NCBI GenBank assembly: GCA_014534415.1
Contig: JACVRM010000001.1
Location: forward strand, 1 to 35,174
Origin: Thermoleophilia bacterium
Lineage (GTDB): Bacteria; Actinomycetota; Thermoleophilia; Gaiellales; Gaiellaceae
Direction: 5' to 3'
Length of the DNA stretch: 35,174 bases
Numbering within the stretch: position 1 is the first letter of the stretch; every line of letters starts with the position of its first letter. The translations under genes and the position numbers were made by a program. The notes under the pieces were generated by a model. It was not told the origin of the DNA. It was given only the letters and a program-made list of their open reading frames with translations, and ran no database searches. Below, piece after piece: positions 31,968 to 35,174 of the stretch.

Positions 31968-32801
31968 CTAGGCCGTCTTGGCGACCGGGACGAGGCGGTC
32001 GTACGCCGCGTCGAAGTCGAGGCCCTGCGCCCAGACGGCGTCGAAGGCGATCGTCAGCGTCTCGGCGAGCGAGCGATGCTCGACGACGACCATGGTCAGG
32101 TCCGAGCCGCCCTCGACCGGGTCTTCCATCCCGAACATCACGTACCGCCTGTCGATGATGACGAGCTTGAGCGGCAGCTCCTCGACGAAGCGGGCCTCCT
32201 CGCCGGCCTGGATGAAGCCGCGGACTCCTTCGATCGTCTCCGGATCGTCGAAGATCGAGAACTCGTAGACGCTCTTGGCGGTGTGCGTGCGTGCGACCTC
32301 GACGCCCTTCTCCTCCTCCTGGGGCGGGGTCGCGTACGGCGGCTTCGTGAAGACCAGAATCTCGTCCTTGATCTCCTCCTGGAGCTCGCTGAACCGCTCG
32401 TTGATCGCGCGGCGGTCGCGCAGTACCTCGATGTAGTCGAGCGGGTCGGTGACCTCCTGGCCCGCGCTGAAGGCCGGCGAGAGCTCTCCGATCATCTCGT
32501 CGGCGGCGCGCTCCAGCTCTTCGACGGCCTGACGGCGGTCCTCCACGAGGCGCTCGATGGCCGTTTCCGGAGCCGAGCCGACGTACTTGACCACGCGTCC
32601 CGGCCGGGTCGAGGCGAGTCCGCGCTCCACGAGGCTCGCGAGCACGTCGTAGATGCGCTGCCGCGGCACGCCGGCGATGCGCGCCACCTCGGCGGCCGTC
32701 GAGGATCCGCGCCGGATGAGCGCGAGGTACGCCTTGGCTTCGTACATCGTGAGCCCGAGGCGAGTCAGCTGATCGACGTAACGCTGCTCGTTCACCGACA
32801 C
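31968..32801 (-). CDS. TrmB-family transcriptional regulator
   Basis: The N-terminal wHTH LTRLGLTMYEAKAYLALIRRGSSTAAEVARIAGVPRQRIYDVLASLVERGL is the TrmB (PF01978) signature. 277 aa with a C-terminal sensor-like domain. The -10 box ends 2 nt before GTG 32801, so the true (leaderless) start may be GTG 32795. Confidence 0.9.
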   Translation of the reverse strand: MSVNEQRYVDQLTRLGLTMYEAKAYLALIRRGSSTAAEVARIAGVPRQRIYDVLASLVERGLASTRPGRVVKYVGSAPETAIERLVEDRRQAVEELERAADEMIGELSPAFSAGQEVTDPLDYIEVLRDRRAINERFSELQEEIKDEILVFTKPPYATPPQEEEKGVEVARTHTAKSVYEFSIFDDPETIEGVRGFIQAGEEARFVEELPLKLVIIDRRYVMFGMEDPVEGGSDLTMVVVEHRSLAETLTIAFDAVWAQGLDFDAAYDRLVPVAKTA

Positions 32802-32803
32802 CC

Positions 32804-32833
32804 ATCGTAGGGTGCCACCCGGACGAGTGTCAA
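32804..32833 (-). promoter_or_regulatory. trmB promoter, probably leaderless, with palindrome GGGTG-G-CACCC in the spacer
   Basis: Minus strand: TTGACA-CTCGTCCGGGTGGCACCC-TACGAT-gg-GTG. The palindrome (32810-32820) uses the same CACCC/GGTG half-sites as the three island promoters, but in everted order. Confidence 0.55.
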
Positions 32834-32891
32834 AGGCGCGTCCTCTGTTAAGGGCGCGGATTCGACCGGGCTCAGTAACTCCGTTACGGAC

Positions 32892-32917
32892 GAGCGGCCG
32901 CCTCCCGGCGGCCGCTC
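32892..32917 (-). terminator. Hairpin downstream of the LVIVD-repeat gene (terminator-like)
   Basis: GAGCGGCCGCC-(4 nt)-GGCGGCCGCTC, a perfect 11-bp stem 25 nt after the stop. There is no clear U tract on the minus strand. A small second hairpin follows (GTAAC-GGA-GTTAC). Confidence 0.5.
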
Positions 32918-32941
32918 GAGCAACTTCTGTGTTAGCGGCGG

Positions 32942-34894
32942 TTAGCCGGCGCCGACCTGGATGTTGCCCTTCAGCAGGACGCCGCCGGCGCCGTAGCCGT
33001 TGCCCAGCACCATCCGGAAGGTGTCCACGCTGCCGGGCTCGCCGAAGTCCTCCACCTCGACGAAGAGACTGACGCCGGGCACACCGTTCACGGTCGCCGT
33101 TCCGGTGAACGTCGCCTTGTTCCCGGTGCGGACGAACGAGTCGATCGAGGTCGACTTCACCTGCATCTTCGTCCCGTGGTCGACGTAGGTCAGCTGGCCG
33201 GTCGGGGCGCCAACCGCGAACGCTGCGTTGAAGCCGAAGTTCGCACGGCCGCCGGCGGCCGTGCCACGCAGGATCGACAGCTCGGCCAGCTCACCCGAGA
33301 CCTGGCCGCCGCCCGTCGCCTTGCCCGGAGTGTTGATGGGAGGCAGGGAGATGCAGTTCGCGCCGTCGCACGTCTTGAAGCGGTACACGTCGAAGCCGCG
33401 CGCCATGTCGCCGGCGTAGACGTAGCCCTTGTACTCCTTCGCCGACCAGGTGTCGGCGCCCGGCATGACGTTCCAGCCCAGCGTGTTCCCCCAGTCCGTG
33501 AACTGGTCTTCGGCGATGCCGTCGGTGGAGCTCGGCGCCCCCGAGAAATCGAGCCGCCAAACGCCCGCGCCGTAGTGAGCGCTGACGAGCTCGCGTGCCC
33601 GGAGGCTCGACACACCGTCGAAGCCGCCTTGGATCGGCCCCGGCCCGGCGGTGCCGTTGCCGCCGTTGCGGAACACGTGGATCGTGCAGGCGCGCTCGGT
33701 GCGACCGAGACCCGCGAGTACAGGCTCGAGGGCGTCGGCCGCAAGCAGCGGGTTCGGGTAGAACCACGTGCCCAGCCGCACCGGGTTCGACGGCGCCGCC
33801 GTAGCCGTCTCGGGCTTGCCGTCGATGGGTTCGAGAGTGTAGAAGTGCGCGCCGCCGATGATCCCGTCGGGCCCGGTGTTGCACTGTGTCTGGCTGAGGC
33901 CGCCGCCGCGCTCGTCGGTGAAGACGACGATCCTGCCGTCGGAGCTGACGTCCGCCTGGTGGTCGGTCGTGAGGTTGTAGCGGTTGTTCGCTCCGCCGGG
34001 CAGCGCATTCTCGGAGATCCACGCGATACGCAGCGGCTGCTGACCCTGTTCCAGTTGCGCGAGCACGTTCGAGACGTCGACGATGAACGTCCCGCCGACG
34101 CCGCCGGGGCCCGAGGGGCTGGCGAGGTACATGGTGTTTCCGTCGCGCGAGAACGACGAATCGTGCGCCGTACCGCCGGTGTCCGTCAGGATCTTCCCCC
34201 TGAAGACCGGGGTCGCACCACGGAGGTCGACCACCTCGACCCCGCTCGCGGACGTGTTCACGGCGAGCCAGGTGCCGCTGGGATGCAGCGTGATCGTGTG
34301 GGCTCCGCCGGAGACCGCGTTGAGGTAGCAGTCGACGAGCGACGTCGTGAACTTCGCGGTCTGCGGGTCGAACGTGAGCTTGACGACGTCGACGCCGCCG
34401 CGAGTGCTCGTCGGATTCTTCTCCTTGAGGCACGCCGAGGCGTGGACGGGGATGTTCACCGGGTCGAACGCGATCACGGCGGTGTCGCCGCGCACCGAGA
34501 CGTCGTTCTGCCAGCCCGGATCGACGTAGCCTCCGGCGATCGTCGGATGCGCCGGGTCGGTGATGTCGAAGATCCGCATCCCGGCGCCCATCGTCCCGAG
34601 GAACGCGTAGTCGCGGACCTTGCCGCTCGCATCAGTGCGCGATTGAAACTCCACGTCGGTTCCGACGAAGCCGCAGACGTTGGCGAGGTGCGCGATGTTC
34701 TTCGCCGAGCGCGGGGGCTGACCGGGCGTCGCGAGCGCCTCGCACGGCAACGCCACGTTGTGTGCGGGATCGAGCGGATCGCCGGCGAGCGCCTGCGCAC
34801 CCGCGACGGCCAGCGTCGCGGCCACGACCGCGATCGCGGCACCGGGGAAAACCTGCAAGAGACGGCGGCGCAGCGGTGTGCTCTCGGTGCTCAC
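32942..34894 (-). CDS. Secreted LVIVD-repeat-type beta-propeller protein with distinct ~120-aa C-terminal beta domain
   Basis: GTG 34894 is preceded by GGACGAGGAGG with a 5-nt spacer. Signal peptide ...RRRLLQVFPGAAIAVVAATLAVAGAQALAG. Repeated motifs of the GMRIFDITDPAHPTIAGGY / GVEVVDLRGATP / GTFIVDVSNV type are characteristic of LVIVD propellers. The C-terminal module ends ...FVEVEDFGEPGSVDTFRMVL..GY..GG.LLKGNIQV. Confidence 0.8.
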   Translation of the reverse strand: MSTESTPLRRRLLQVFPGAAIAVVAATLAVAGAQALAGDPLDPAHNVALPCEALATPGQPPRSAKNIAHLANVCGFVGTDVEFQSRTDASGKVRDYAFLGTMGAGMRIFDITDPAHPTIAGGYVDPGWQNDVSVRGDTAVIAFDPVNIPVHASACLKEKNPTSTRGGVDVVKLTFDPQTAKFTTSLVDCYLNAVSGGAHTITLHPSGTWLAVNTSASGVEVVDLRGATPVFRGKILTDTGGTAHDSSFSRDGNTMYLASPSGPGGVGGTFIVDVSNVLAQLEQGQQPLRIAWISENALPGGANNRYNLTTDHQADVSSDGRIVVFTDERGGGLSQTQCNTGPDGIIGGAHFYTLEPIDGKPETATAAPSNPVRLGTWFYPNPLLAADALEPVLAGLGRTERACTIHVFRNGGNGTAGPGPIQGGFDGVSSLRARELVSAHYGAGVWRLDFSGAPSSTDGIAEDQFTDWGNTLGWNVMPGADTWSAKEYKGYVYAGDMARGFDVYRFKTCDGANCISLPPINTPGKATGGGQVSGELAELSILRGTAAGGRANFGFNAAFAVGAPTGQLTYVDHGTKMQVKSTSIDSFVRTGNKATFTGTATVNGVPGVSLFVEVEDFGEPGSVDTFRMVLGNGYGAGGVLLKGNIQVGAG

Positions 34895-34934
34895 GGAAAC
34901 CTCCTCGTCCACGGGGCGGTGCTCTGACGCCGGC

Positions 34935-34963
34935 AGTAAACACACCACTCTTAAGGGTGTCAA
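34935..34963 (-). promoter_or_regulatory. Promoter of the LVIVD-repeat gene with inverted repeat in the spacer
   Basis: Minus strand: TTGACA-CCCTTAAGAGTGGTGTG-TTTACT (17-nt spacer), with the repeat ACACC-N9-GGTGT at 34942-34960. The track ORF start (TTG 34963) is in fact the -35 box. Confidence 0.6.
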
Positions 34964-34996
34964 GATGAGAAAGCGGGAGAAACCGTGAGGAAAGAG

Positions 34997-35174
34997 CTAT
35001 CTCGGTGTCGCGTACCCGCGCATGCCGTCGAGCAGCAACGCGTAGAAGCGGTCGGCCAGCTCGTCGGTGTCGCGACCGGGCTCGAGCCAGGTGTACGCCC
35101 AGTTGGCGGCCGACAGCACGAGCAGCGCGGCCGTCGCGTCGTCCAGATCGGTGCGGAAGTCGCCTCCCTCGCGC
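34997..35174 (-). CDS. C-terminal fragment of a probable TetR/AcrR-family regulator (N-terminus beyond the window end)
   Basis: The reverse strand reads ...LLVLSAANWAYTWLEPGRDTDELADRFYALLLDGMRGYATPR* (TAG at 34997-34999). This resembles the last helices of TetR_C domains. No HTH is visible, so the family call is tentative. Confidence 0.5.
   Translation of the reverse strand, partial: REGGDFRTDLDDATAALLVLSAANWAYTWLEPGRDTDELADRFYALLLDGMRGYATPR

Noticed and set aside
32886-32894. 7-nt CTCGTCC after the LVIVD gene as a third anti-RBS copy, plus GGACGAG inside the trmB promoter spacer (32821-32827)
   Set aside because: A GC-rich 7-mer recurs by chance elsewhere in the window (for example near 9436 and 10433). 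Only the 12-nt and 10-nt complements are reported as significant.
22676-34996. Protease island as a horizontally acquired mobile element
   Set aside because: No integrase, transposase, tRNA or long direct repeats are visible. My spot counts of GC content (about 62-72% per line) overlap those of the housekeeping part, so compositional evidence is lacking. A proper GC and codon-usage computation is still needed.
1-35174. Search for tRNA, rRNA, CRISPR arrays and tandem DNA repeats
   Set aside because: No intergenic gap is large enough or has cloverleaf-like structure. No spaced direct repeats are visible by eye. The only repeated non-coding sequences are those reported: elements A/B, the promoter blocks and the RBS blocks.

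Overview
This is 35.2 kb of very GC-rich, actinobacterial-type chromosome, almost entirely coding. I call 30 protein genes, 27 of them on the minus strand. I found no rRNA, tRNA, CRISPR array, transposase or integrase. All family calls come from reading motifs by eye; no database search or folding was run.

The left two thirds hold housekeeping and envelope operons:
- a partial adenylate-cyclase/STAND NTPase gene
- a family-5 ABC solute-binding protein
- hemB-hemL
- an ABC-2 exporter pair
- a LytM-like protein and ymdB
- a GtrA / GT-C / GT87 glycosylation operon
- a membrane protein / phosphodiesterase / pcm / acyP operon
- a 2-oxoacid dehydrogenase E1alpha-E1beta-(GNAT)-E2 operon
- a DagK-like lipid kinase

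The right third (22.7-35.0 kb) is a co-oriented island of secreted proteins around a TrmB-family regulator: a 1587-aa M6/InhA-like metalloprotease, two S8 subtilases and an LVIVD-type beta-propeller protein.

The main non-genic signals are:
1. Three island promoters share a -35/-10 architecture with the same inverted repeat in the spacer. A rearranged copy sits in the leaderless trmB promoter, which suggests an undescribed TrmB-controlled extracellular proteolysis regulon.
2. The island genes share an 11-nt RBS block, and its reverse complement recurs just after the stop codon of the same gene.
3. Two paralogous ~120-nt intergenic elements carry compensatory changes in a 7-1-7 palindrome. One lies upstream of the glycosylation operon and one upstream of the GNAT/E2 genes.
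4. ymdB and hemL have conserved N-termini that can only be encoded from CTG start codons.
5. A perfect 23-bp AT-rich palindrome lies upstream of hemB.
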